Shown here one piece after another: positions 51,728-63,842 of a stretch of 64,000 nt of DNA. A program made the translations under genes and the position numbers. Each line of letters opens with the position of its first letter. The stretch's first letter is position 1. Source of the DNA: Chiloscyllium plagiosum (Eukaryota). The DNA lies in NCBI RefSeq assembly GCF_004010195.1, contig NC_057718.1:61711318-61775317 (forward strand). Direction: 5' to 3'. A model generated the notes under the pieces. That model had not been told where the DNA came from, did not search any database, and saw nothing but the letters and a program-made list of their open reading frames with translations.

Positions 51728-52689
51728 CTTGATGTACAAGAACTTGAATTAAAAGGTATAAAGTAATCACAAATATTAATGCTGAAGTGGTAAGTATTAC
51801 ATATTTCAACACTTACAAAAATATTGTTGACTAAGTAAGTATCCCAATTCAAAATACTAGTACAAATATAAATACATATCAGAGGAGCAATCTTTCCAAC
51901 TGTCACAGAGAATAACAATAAATATAAAATATTGTAATAAATTGTAAATGTCTCCCTAAAATCTTCCTAGTTTCAGAATTATTCTGATCAACAATAACTG
52001 GATGACTGAATATGACTATGTTAGTTCTTTAATATATAATTTCTTAGTATGACTTAATTCAACAGCTTTACAAAGTCTTATGTTGGTTAGCAAGCTGTGA
52101 GAGGACCATGCATTGAAGGAATTCTCCATAACAAAATCAGGGACAACTTTAACCACAATGAAATTGGATGATGTTTCTAGAATCCCTACAGAATGCCTTT
52201 CATGGAACTTGAGAGCCCTGAATAGCAATATTGTAGAGGAATATGGAGGAGAATTGGTACTTTTGTGTGAATATGATAAGTATAAGCCTTTCAGTCAAAA
52301 TCTTTGCACAGCCTCATTGCAGACAATTAAGCAATAATGAGGAGGCATTTGGATTTTACCAAATACTCATTCGTATGGGCATCATTCTGAAATAGTAATG
52401 GTTGTTTTAAAGGACTGTGATCTATTTTGTGTGATTGCTGTGCCTCTGCTCTATTATTGCATTTACTTGTGCACTGAGCCCAGAAAAGGGCCTGCTGAGG
52501 AAATAGTTATGGCAAGAATGTTCTTGCATTTTTGGTTCATGGTCATATTTCTTTGGTTGCTCATGTTAATTTCCTTTTGTCTTAGATTCTGGCAATCCTT
52601 GTCTACTTTTGGTATACTCATTGGAAATGGATAAAGGCTCAGTAATAGACTTAAAGAAATCAGGTTGAAGAAAGCCCTTCTGCAAATAC
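51728..52689 (-). pseudogene. Decayed protein-kinase-like exon (RNase L/IRE1-type by eye)
   Basis: Ordered across frameshifts: ILAITISSAGPFLGSVHK; LLFQNDAHTNEYLVK; LSAMRLC; LFRALKFHERH..ETSSNFIV; LLTNIRLCK; GDIYNLLQYFIFIV. Confidence 0.45.
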
Positions 52690-53469
52690 CTAAAGTGTAT
52701 TACTGCTACTAACTTCAGACTAAATTTCAACTGAGATTTCAGGAAGGTTTTCATGAATATTACGAAGTCATAATATACACACAAAGCACCAAATTCAAAT
52801 TATTTAATCTTTATAAGTTCATATATTAACAGGCTGAGAGGACTAGACATTATGAAGAGTGATTTCAAAGTACTTGTACTTTAGAGGCAGATTGTTATTA
52901 AAGAGTATATTATATCATACTTACCAGACTATTTAGACTCTAAAGATGCACGTTATCTCTCATGAAGCAGATGATGACATTCAACGATCATAAACCAAGG
53001 TTCTTTTGTCTTGTTTTTGATAGTTCCTTTTAATATGGTATTCTATTTTCTTCTTTGCCATAATTTGGCAATCCTGTGAACCATGCAGTTTTTCACTGTT
53101 TTACTAATTTTATGAGAAATCATGGTCTATTTCTTTCTTTGACCTTCTGTGGTTGTTGATATTGATATGTTTCCAAAGAAAATACATTTGCTTTTTGGAA
53201 ATTGCATTATAAAACAAAACCATTAACCCCTGTACGAAGTGATACTTTTGCAATTCAGATTTTGTTTTCACCGTTTATTCAACTTTTATCATAATTTTGT
53301 TTTCTCAGTCCATTGTCCAATATTCATGGAATTGAAATTACTGTGGTCAAGTATCTTCAAATAAAATAATTGAGAAACTCACACAGCTAGACCTTCAGTT
53401 TGCCCAGCATGAAATGCACATGACTCCCCGAGGGACACATTCATAAAAACGTATCCCATTGACCTAAAT

Positions 53470-53690
53470 CCAATTGGTGGCTGAGCCTTCAGCATTCCAG
53501 GCACTAAATTCTGGAATTCCACCCTTCCAAACCTCTTCAAATCTCCACTTCTCTCTTCTGTTTTACTCTGAAAAACTACCTCTTTGACCAAGGATCCAAA
53601 GTTTGTTACATAATGCTTCTGTAAAGTATCTTGGGATGTTTTACCAAGCTAAAGGGCCAAGTAGGATGTTATATAAATTCATGTTGCTGC
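53470..53690 (+). mobile_element. L2-like 3' end
   Basis: ttggtggctgagccttcagc..ctggaattcc..aaaaactacctctttgaccaag..tatataaat. Confidence 0.6.
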
Positions 53691-53789
53691 TAACCTGTGT
53701 ATAACTTTACAACTATTATGGCTCAGAACCTCCTAAATATATGCAGGGATTTGCTGCTAGAGCTTCATCAGCAAGATGCACACTACCCA

Positions 53790-54579
53790 CAGAAGATAAA
53801 TGCGAGGTGCTGCATTTTGAAAAAGCAAATCAGAGCAGGACTTAGACACTTAATGGTAAGTTCCTGGGGAGTGTTGCTGAACAAAAAGACCTTGGAGTGC
53901 AGGTTCACAATTCCTTGAATGTAGAGTTGCAGGTAGATAGGATAATGAAGAAGGCGTTTGGTGTGGCTTCCTTTATTGGTCAGAGCATTCAGTATAGGAG
54001 ACGGGAGGTCATGTTGCGGCTGTACAAGACCTCCCATTGTTAGGCAATTTTTGGAATATTGCATGCATTTCTGGTCTCCTTCCTAGCGGAAGGATGTTGT
54101 GAAACTTGAAAGGGTACAGAAAAGATTTACAAGGATGTTGCCAGAGTTGGAGGATTTGAGCTATAGGGAGAGGCTGAACAGGCTGGGGCTGTTTTCCCTG
54201 GAGCATCAGAGGCTAAGGGGTGACCTTATTGTGGTTTATAAAATCATGAGGGTCATGGATAGGATAAATAAACAAGGACTTTTCCCTGGGGTCGTGAAGT
54301 CCAGAACTAGAAGGCATAGGTTTAGGGTGAGAGGGCAAAGATATAAAAGGGACCTAAGGGGCAACTTTTTCACAAAGAGGGCAGTACGTGTATGGAATGA
54401 GCTGCCAGAGGAAGTGGTGGAGGCTGGTATAATTACAGCATTTAAAAAGGCATCTGGATGGGTATATGCATAGGAAGTGTTGAGAGGGATATGGGCCAAG
54501 TACTGGCAAATGGGAGTAGATTAGGTTAGGATATCTGATGTGCATGGATGAGTTTCTGTGCTGTACATCTCTATGACTC
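53790..54579 (+). mobile_element. Young CR1 3' part
   Basis: KLERVQKRFTRMLP...RGDLI...RGNFF..WNELP; ctatgact tail. Confidence 0.95.
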
Positions 54580-55411
54580 AGTGACAGACTTGGCTGGAAC
54601 TGAATGGAAGGAGGCCAGGCCCTAGACTTGCCAATGTACAATTTTGGGTTCATATTAACTAGCAAAGAACTAGAGTAGTCCCATTGGAGCCTGAGGCTAC
54701 ATCTTGCTAAAAGAGAGCTGCCGAGGTGAAACGCCCCCCAACGTCCCAAGGAGGAAGCCTGAGGAGTTCTGGTTTTGATCCAAGAAATCTGTCTGCTTTG
54801 GTATTTCTGAGACTTTGTTTCAAATCTGGCCTCACAATTTCCTCTCTGTCTCAACAGCATACAACTCTTCTGATGGGGCCGTTAGGACTCTAGAGCTGCC
54901 AGCACAACCAGAGGGCACTGGCTGTATTTAATTAGTTAGTAAACTTGCAAATGGTCAAGTAAGCTTGCAAATGGCAAAGGTTATACCAGCCTCACTACTC
55001 TCCAGTGTGGGCTCAGGTATCCCATTTGACTCTGACAATAGCGTCCCAAAGCACATGAATATCTGTTCCTCTGAATCTTGGATGTCACCCCCATTAGCTT
55101 TCCACCCTCCCCTGTCCTTCTCTCCTGCCTCCCAACCTAAATGAAAATCCATGCAATCTTTATCCCCATAACTTGCCTTACACATCCTGATACAATGCAG
55201 GAGAACCAAGATTTGGGAACAACAAAATTGAGACTGAATTAAACTAAATGTAGTGAATTCTAGCAAAAAAAAAGAGTTAAGGAATATGGACTTATATTTT
55301 GATTTTATTGTACAACAAAACTAAAATTATTCTTTACTCAAATCAATATAGTCCCCACACAGGATGAAAACTGAGTGGCAAAGGAATTCTTTTGACTCAT
55401 GTGTCATAATA

Positions 55412-55578
55412 GCTGAAAATGTATTGCTGGAAAAGCATAGCAGGTCAGGCAGCATCCAAGGAGCAGGAGAATCGACGTTTCGGGCATGAGCCCTTCTTCA
55501 GGATGCTGCCTGACCTGCTGCGCTTTTCCAGCAACACATTTTCAGCTCTGATCTCCAGCATCTGCAGTCCTCACTTTT
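55412..55578. mobile_element. Penelope-derived palindromic mini-element (family A), young
   Basis: Inverted arms; perfect 15-bp TSD tcatgtgtcataata at 55397-55411 and 55579-55593. Confidence 0.92.
55471..55504 (-). ncRNA. Minimal hammerhead ribozyme motif, best-preserved copy
   Basis: AUC-CUGAAGA-A-GGGC-UCAU-GCCC-GAAA-CGU-C-GAU: 3-bp stem I, 4-bp stem II, ACGU palindrome, GUC site. Confidence 0.8.
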
Positions 55579-56020
55579 TCATGTGTCATAATAACCAATG
55601 TATCTTATTTAAAAGATCCAAATTGCTGTCAGTGGTGGCCTTCACCACAGACCACTTCAGAATAATCATTGCTTGTTGAATGTGTATTGAGAACAAATTT
55701 CATTAACTTTCTAAGCACAATGATCCAAGTTTACAACTGTACTTCAGAACACCCAGAGAAAATTCAAAATACAAAACCTCCCAATTTGTGATCTGCCAAA
55801 GTGCTGTCCTATACCATAAATTCAAGATCTTTGAGAATTACTAACCACCAGCTAAAGCCAGCAGGCCATTCCTAAACAAAGTAGGTCAGAGTTTAATTTA
55901 ATACATTGGAAAAATAGGATAGTTGAGAAAAATCACCACTAAAAAGGATCATTCTGCAAACCAGTCTTCTTCAGTTTGGGGGAAAAAACAACTAGTAAAC
56001 TGCCCCAACACTATCATCAG

Positions 56021-56246
56021 TTGAAAGTGTGGTGCTGGAAAAGCACAGCAGGTCACACAGCATCCGAGGAGCAGGTGAATCAATATTTCAGGCATAAGCC
56101 CTTCATCAGAAAGTCCTCATTCCTGATGAAGGGCTTATGCCTGAAATGGTGACTCTCCTACTTCTCAGATGCTGCCTGACCTGCTGTGCTTTTCCTGCAT
56201 CACACTTTTGTCTCTGATCCCCAGCATCTGCAGTCCTCATTTGTCC
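56021..56246. mobile_element. Penelope-derived palindromic mini-element (family A), two hammerhead relics
   Basis: Arms inverted about 56110-56121; ctgatga cores on both strands; decayed 13-bp flanking repeat. Confidence 0.85.
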
Positions 56247-56295
56247 ACATCACCATCAGCATCAGCATAGATTCCACCATTTCCCAATTGCCTTT

Positions 56296-56428
56296 AGTTC
56301 TGACCAAGAGTCACTGCACTTGAAACATTAATTCTGTTTTTTTCTCTCCCCAGATAGTGCCAGATCTGCTGAGTTACTCCAATACTTTCTGTTTCTGTTT
56401 TAGATCTCCGACATCCACCATTCTTCAT
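56296..56428 (+). mobile_element. Old Penelope pLTR (family C)
   Basis: ctgaccaagagtcactgcacttgaaacattaa decayed hammerhead, plus a terminal sequence like 29350-29440. Confidence 0.65.
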
Positions 56429-56514
56429 TTTATGGGGATAAAGGGGTTGACTTATCAGGAATGACTCAATAGGTTAGCTATTTATTCGTTAATAAAAAAG
56501 GGAGCTTGGCAGGT

Positions 56515-56808
56515 GTTAATAAGATGTTTCCACAAGTAGGGGAATCTCAAATAGGGGACACCATTTACAGAATAAAGGGAGACTCATTTAAACAGAGATG
56601 TCAAGAAATTTGTTCTTTGAGAGTAATGAATTTCTGAAATTCTCAACAGCAGAGAGTTTTGTTCTCCAGCACAGAGAGTTGTGGAGTCTAGATCACGGTA
56701 GGAGTTTAAAAAGATAACTCTGAAATTTCAAAAATCTAAGGGCTTGTAGCACAGCAGGACAGGGTTACAGGGTTGAATGGCCTGTTCCTGATACAATTTC
56801 ATATGTTT
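56515..56808 (+). mobile_element. Old CR1 3' fragment
   Basis: aggggacaccatttacagaataaaggga..tttaaacagagatg..ttgaatggcctgttcctg. Confidence 0.75.
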
Positions 56809-57023
56809 TTGTGCAGTTTTAACTACCGTACTGTATACTTTACAGAGTTTACTGGTGAAGTTGTGGGCTTATGCCCAGTCAAATTCTTATAATTAATCAC
56901 TGTAAATAAAAATCCACTCCTAGGGTTTTACAAATGTACAAACTAATGGTAAGGTTTAACTGGCTTGATTTTAACCACAGCCAGATTTCTTCAAGGACTG
57001 AGTTCTTTTCTTACTAGAAATCC

Positions 57024-57431
57024 CTGTTGCAATAGCTTTGGTAAGATGAGGAGGAAAATAACATTAAAAATTGCTTTATTTGAATAAATTATTCAGGTTT
57101 TGTATTTGAATATTTACAAAATAAAATTATAATTAACCTCTTACCATGACTGGTATTTGCTGAGAACAGCAGGTTAAAATCAAACACAGTGCACCTAAGC
57201 AGATAAATAGTCAGGACACTTTGCCAATTATCTGCCTGATTTTTGCTGAGTGGCTTCAGTTACCATTATCCAAAAAGAAAAATAATCCCATTCCTATTCC
57301 TTTTTTGGGGGGGCAAGTCCTAATTATAATTGTATTTTGTAAATATTCAAATACAAAACCTGAATAATTTATTTGAATAAAGCAATTTTTATGTTATTTT
57401 TCTTCTTGTCTTAGCAAAGCTATTGCAACAG
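57024..57431. repeat. Long inverted repeat (about 110-bp arms, 185-bp spacer)
   Basis: 57024-57135 is the near-perfect reverse complement of 57321-57431. Confidence 0.92.
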
Positions 57432-58189
57432 AAACAGGACATAAATCAATTTATAAGTTTTTAAACACATTGGGGGCCTACTTGTGTCAATTTCACCTGT
57501 AAATTGATCATAATGAATTGTAAAAAGGTTCAGGAATCTGTCCACTTAAATCTCTTTTCATTATCTGCGCTGCTAAAGTTTCCAATGTTGCTTGGAGCAT
57601 TGGATGTGGGAGTAGGGTGAAATGTCATTGAAAAAAGTAGAAAGACTCATATGATTATTTAAGTTGTGCATAGACAACATCACATTGCTTCCCATACTAT
57701 TATCTAACCTTTACACAGCAAGTGCCAGAAAACAATTGCAAGCACATAACAGGCAATATGTTGTACAACTCAAACGCGTCAGTATGAAGATCTATTCAAT
57801 AAACGCAAAGCCATTCTGTACCACTTTGCTCCATTCTCAAATTATTTTTGGCTCACAAAATTTTAGAATCTCTTGCAGCTTTCTTTTGCCTTTCAGCTTC
57901 TGTAATGGTCCCACATTCGGAATTCCCTCATATCATTTTTTTTTAAGAAAGAAGAAAACCAAACAGATGCCTTTGTAGTCACTTTTGTGCCAAGACACCA
58001 GTAGTCTCACATCTATATCTATTGGCAGAGGAGGATATACATTCCTTTGTACTCCATCCTAATTGCCAAGAGCAACCAAGAAAATAAGACACTGGTGCAA
58101 CTTGTGAATATCGGACTAATTGCAATTTTGGATTTTTTGAGAGCACCCTAATCACAGGATGTGTTCAGCATGAGCACAGTACATGTAAG

Positions 58190-58845
58190 ACTTGGACAAG
58201 CAACATTCCAGTTTAGCCTGATAAATGGCAAGTAACAAAGACACCACACAAATGCCGGATAATAATCACCTCTCACAAAAAAGAATCTACCCTTTCCCCT
58301 CGACATTCAATGACAATCACCATTTCTGTATTCCCCCATTATCAACATCCTGGGGGCTTACCATTGACTTGAAACCGAACTGGAGTAGACATATAAATAT
58401 TGTGGCAACAAGAGCGGAACAGAGCTTGGGATGTCAGCATCTCCTGACTCCCCAAATCCTTGCATCATCTGAAAAGCACGAATCAGGGAATACTCTCCAC
58501 TTGTCTGGATAAGTGCAGTTCATTCAAGCATGACACCATCCAGGACGAAGCAGCCTGCTTGACAGACATCCCAACCATTACCATAAACCATTCACTCCTT
58601 CCACCACTGAAGCACAGTGGCAACATTATACCATTCACAAAATACATTGCAGAAACACATCAAAACTGCCTTGACAGCACCTTCCAAACCCTGTGCTGCA
58701 AAGGCAAGGGCAGCAAATCCAGAGGAACAACACCACCTACAAGTTCCCCTCCAAGTCACACACTGTTGGAACTATATTGCTATTCCTTCACTGTTGCTGG
58801 GACAAAATCTTGGAGCTTTTTCCCTTACAGTACTGTAGGTGTAAA
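58190..58845 (+). mobile_element. Older CR1/L2-type LINE 3' part
   Basis: Colinear with 33970-34130 and 42200-43020. Confidence 0.82.
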
Positions 58846-59039
58846 TATAGTTCTTTTGGCTGTTCCTCAGAGCAAGGAGCATGCTTGAATCCTCGAATAA
58901 GAGAGGAAAAACAGGAAGAGAAAAAGAGGCTGTAAGAGACAGGAGTAGAACCAGTCAGAGATAAAGGAGGTAAGAATGGGAAATAAAAGTTTAAAAGAAA
59001 AACAGCATTTTAAAAAGTCCAAAATCCACAATCAGTATT

Positions 59040-59600
59040 AGCAGTCAGCCATCTGTGTGTGGATGACAACGGCTTGTTGTTGTCAAGTCTTTGGCCTGTT
59101 TAGTACTTCTTGTGCCCACCTTTGTGCAATGTACTCTCGTCCCAGCTGTTGAGATCAAGCCTAATCTTCTCCAAGTTAGCTTTCAGCATATCTTGAGAAT
59201 GGTTTTGCAGGTTACCCTGTGGTCTTTGATCAATCATGAGCTGGGAATAGATATTCCAGAAGACAAATCTTTGGCATTCTGAAACTTTAGCCTGTCCACT
59301 GTAGTTGTTACTCAAGAATGGTCAATTTATGCTCACGACATCTGCTTCTTTGAGGATGCTTGTGTTTGTGTGGCAATCAATCCAGGCAATGCATAGCATC
59401 TTCAACAGGTAACACAGAGGGTTTGTCTCAAACTTTCTCAGGCATTTGCAATGCATCCCTCAAATTGAGGAATGTCAGCAGGATATCTGGTTTGCAGACT
59501 GCTACCTTTCAGTTCATAGGTGATAGGTTAATGAAGGTTTGTCTGAACAGTTTCCCAAAAGAGAAACTTATGCACTGGATCCTTTGTAGAATTCCTAAGT
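59040..59600 (-). mobile_element. RTE-like LINE C-terminal remnant
   Basis: IYSQL..QRPQG...DMLKANLEK..LDLNSWD, the pattern of the RTE C-terminus. Confidence 0.6.
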
Positions 59601-59721
59601 CTATGGTCACTAACTAGGAACTGGACATGTGGTTGCCAAGACAACAGAAGTGATCAACTGGTTCCAGGGGCATGACCAACCACCATGATGCTAGGGGGAT
59701 TTGGTGCAATTTGGAATTGGA

Positions 59722-60335
59722 GGGTTATTGGTCAGAGCACTGAGTATAGGAGTTGGGAGGTCATGTTGCAGCTGAACAGGACATTGGTGAGGCCATTTCT
59801 GGAATATTGCATGCAATTCTTATCTCCTTCTTAGTGGAGGGATGTTGTGAAACTTGAAAGGGTTCAGAAAAGATTTACAAGGATGTTGCCAGGTTTGGAG
59901 GATTTGAGCTATAGGGAGAGGCTGAATAGGCTGGGGCTGCTTTCCCTGGAGCATCGAAGCTGATGGGTGATCTCAGAGAGGTTTATAAAATAGAGAGGGC
60001 AAATAGACAAAGTCTTTTCCCTGGGTTAGGCAAGTCCAGAACTAGAGGACATTGGTTTAGGGTGAGAGGGCAAGGATATAAAAGAGACCTAAGGGGCAAC
60101 TTTTTCACACAGAGGGTGGTACATGTATGGAATGAGCTACCAGAGGAAGTGGTGGAGGCTGGTACAATTGCAACATTTAAAAGGCATATTGATGGGTATT
60201 TGAATTGGAAGGGTTTAGAGGGATATGGGCCAAATGCTGGCAAATGGGACTAGATTAGATTGGGATATCTGCTCGGCATGGATGAGTTGGACCGAAGGGT
60301 CTGTTTCATGCTGTACATCTCTATGACTCTATGAC
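59722..60335 (+). mobile_element. Young CR1 3' part
   Basis: Near identical to 20606-21199; ctatgact tail. Confidence 0.95.
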
Positions 60336-60399
60336 TTCTGTCTCATCAACATTTACATCTAGCCCAGGGCTGAATGCATTTCTTCAAAGAAGTCAAGGG

Positions 60400-60528
60400 T
60401 ACCTACACTATATGGACTACAGCAGATTAGAGAGGCAGGCCCCCCTACCTGCCAATTATGGATTGGCAACAGATGGTGGCCTAGCCAGTGATGCCTACAA
60501 CCTGTGAAAAGAATAAAATAAAAAAAGC
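60400..60528 (+). mobile_element. Tail of older CR1/L2-type LINE
   Basis: ggcaacagatggtggcctagccagtgatgcc plus A-rich end. Confidence 0.6.
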
Positions 60529-60600
60529 ATGCCAAGGTAATCACAATTCAATATATCCTGATTGATCAGCAATCATGTATGCATGTATTGTCGTACTTAC

Positions 60601-61120
60601 CTGGTAATAATATTGGTAATTGACTGACTTGTCAAGGTCTGGTTTTCAGAGTTGTGCCATGTATTGTATGGATGCCTATATCAAACACATCAGATTGACA
60701 CAAACAGTGACAGTACCATTCAGCTCCAACATCATGCACTGACATGATATATTAATCACCTGCAGGTGAGATCATAGAGTGGTGAATAGGGACTACATTT
60801 CTTGCAATTACTTCCATTTAATAGCCACAGAAACACTGTCTGGGAGCTGAGCTATTCCATCACTGTGGACTAAATTTCCATTTCCTTCAATTTTGACAGT
60901 TATTTCTTCATCCCCTCTTCCTCTTGGGCTGGGAAAGGATTGGCAATTGATGCAGATGCTTTTTGAACATTGCCAAGGCTGCAAGAATTTCCATCTTCCT
61001 TTTCTGCTGTCACCATTCCTGTGCTTTCTGAATGCATCCAAATCTGAACATGTAGCTGTCAATAATTATTGCAAGCATTTCTCTCACAAAGAATTGGTTG
61101 CTATCACCACATTTCCATTC
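60601..61120 (-). pseudogene. Candidate decayed exon (5' boundary uncertain)
   Basis: Consensus donor CAG|gtaagt at 60600; protein-like frames with stops. Confidence 0.25.
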
Positions 61121-61131
61121 TGGTGAGATTT

Positions 61132-61566
61132 AAAAGACTTGCACTTATTTGGACTGCATCATTTAGACTCAGAATATTCCAAAGTGTTTTAATATCAACA
61201 AAGTACCTTGAAGTTTAATTATTGTTGTAATGGAGGAAACAAAACAGCTAGCTTGCACAATCAGTCCCTACAAGCAGCAAGTCACAATTATAGTGATCAC
61301 AATCTGTTGCTATTATGTTGACTAAAGGATAAAAAAGTCAGGATGTCATGGGCAACTCCTCCATCCTTTTTCAAAATAATATCTTTTGCACCCGGAGTGG
61401 ACAGTCAGGGCCTCAGTTTAATCTTGCAGTGACAAGACAGCATCAACAACAATGTAGCATCCTTTATTACTGCACTGGAGTCTCAGCACTTTTGTCCTCA
61501 ATCTGTGGACTAGAAGTTGAACCTAAAACCTTCTAACTGAGAGGCACGAATGCGACCATCTAAGAC
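61132..61566 (-). mobile_element. Old Deu-domain SINE (SacSINE1-like), near full length
   Basis: aaagacttgca tail, Deu core and tRNA-like head (ttgaacctaaaaccttctaactgagaggc). Confidence 0.75.
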
Positions 61567-63102
61567 TAATATTCACATATTAGTTTTTAAACAATTAGAA
61601 TTGACTTCCACTTGTACGTAAGAAACAGTTATCTTTTTCGTAAAATAATAACAATCGAAATAAACACTGGATGCATTCTGGATGTCTTGAACACGTCATT
61701 CATACTTCCAATGCAAGTAGCAGAATAGATTAATGCAAAATTGAATAAGTTGATGCATTGACAGAAATGGAGAGAGAGATTGTTTAAAAAGGTGCACAGG
61801 AAGAAAGAAAAAGACATGTCTGTAAATATATGCAGGGTAAAGGAGTTTCCTGCCCATGTCCATAGCAAAATGAGCAGTAGTAATAATTATTCACTACAAT
61901 TAAAATAATGTTGAAATTTTAAATATGGCAACTTTAAAGTTATTCTCTGAAATAATTGTGATGAACTGTTTCATTACATCTAAACTTGGGACAGGTCATT
62001 TGACATTCAACCAACCCTCATTTCAGCAAATTAAGCTCTGATGGGTAGGAGGATTGAAAGGATTAGATCCTAATTATCATGCTTCTAAAACTATACTGGT
62101 AGTAACGATGGAAGCAGTCCTAAAAAGTGTTACCCAGATTTTATGTTTGTGCTGGAAAATATAGATTTAATTTCAGACCAATGATGGTTGAGTATTGTTC
62201 AGCCACTGAATTAGTAGTGTAGATAGGAAAGCATTTTCCATCTTTTTTTCAGATGCAGAGTGATTAATATACACTTGCAAGGAAGGTTAATGTTCCTACA
62301 GTTCCTTTAACAAATATATGTGAAGGTAAGTCATAGATATATGGAATTTGAAATTCTGAAATAAGTGCAGCTGTTAGCCAAAAGAAACAGGGTGAAGTCA
62401 AAGATCACCTTCAGTTCTGAAATCCTTAAGGTTAAGACTTGATACTAAGTTACCTTGGGTCCAACAGAATGAAAGCAAGGCCAAACAACAAACTCCCAAA
62501 TGATGTACCCACATGATCTATTAATGACTCTTACAAATGTCCTGTTTGGAAAGTAAACACTTTCAATTAAGACAAACAGTCAAAGGTCACCCACAATCAG
62601 AGAAGGAAGGAAGGTATGGCACAGAATATGGCCAAACCAGAATATGATCCCCAGGGAGTTCATTGGCAATAATATACTTTTTAATGATTAATGAATCCAG
62701 TGAAAATTACAAATGCTTGGGACAGACCTTAAGATCATTACAGCCCCCGCAATGGAAACATACTTTCTAATAGGTTATTTATTTCACATGTTTGGCTGTA
62801 TATTTTTCATCAAATCCATTCTGAACAATAAGGGTTGAATTGGAACATCTCTAAAGAAAGAGAAACATGTCATTACATTTAAGCATAAACCAGCTGGACT
62901 TCATTCTGGCCTGATACTCAGATAATAAAGGGGCATATTAAAATCCTCACTATACAGAATCTCAATTGCTGATATCCCAGATAGAAAAAAACACTGGAAG
63001 CAGGAGTCAACAATTTAACAGGAGGAGTTTTCAAAATATCACACTGATATTGAAAATCGTCCAACTGAAAATGTCTAATGTTTATTCGAGTAGAAGACTT
63101 AC

Positions 63103-63420
63103 CCATCTTGTCCTTGATATTAATGCAAAGATCAATGGACTCTTCCTGTAAGTCACTTCTCAACCTTATTTTGTCAAAGTCTTCAGTTATCTCTGTACTG
63201 AGAAACCTGGAAACTTGATCAAGAAGTGGAAGATAAGAAGTAAACAATTTGATGACCTCTTCTTGATTGTACAGAGGCTTCATACGCTTATCACACAGTA
63301 AATTGATGATGTTTTCACATGAAAAATCTTCAGCATTCAGGGCAACCTCTTTACAAGTTGTATTCCTTTAACAAGTCAGTAAATTTTCAGCTGCTTCAGC
63401 AGGAAGCTATACATTTTGAC
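63103..63420 (-). pseudogene. Exon-like 318-nt phase 1-1 segment with two in-frame stops
   Basis: tatttcttacag| acceptor and ATGG|gtaagt donor; length divisible by 3. QNV*LPAEAAENLLTC*RNTTCKEVAL...SIDLCINIKDKM. Confidence 0.5.
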
Positions 63421-63842
63421 CTGTAAGAAATAGAACTCTGCAGCAAGTTGGAACCAGAATCTCAGTGATTGTACAATGACAAGGTCAAAAGTCTACTTGG
63501 ATGTTGGTCAACTGACTTGTTTTAACATACATTAATTTCTACTGACCTATGTATATTATGAAGACAAATTCATGAATTTTAGAATCATCTAAGATAAAAG
63601 AAGTTGCAAATGTCCATCCATCTTTAGGGTAGCAATTCACCTACTTATCCTGGTATTTTGCATATTAAATGCACAAAACTGTATCAAAATACATGAAGAA
63701 ATGTATGAATGAGCATAAAATGGTAAAATGTGCACACCAAATTAAAAATTGGAAATTAAATTTATAATTTTTTCTCTGACACTTGAAGTGTTGTGCTGCC
63801 AGCCCTTAAAAACATTTTACATAGCACAGTGTGTACAAAGTC

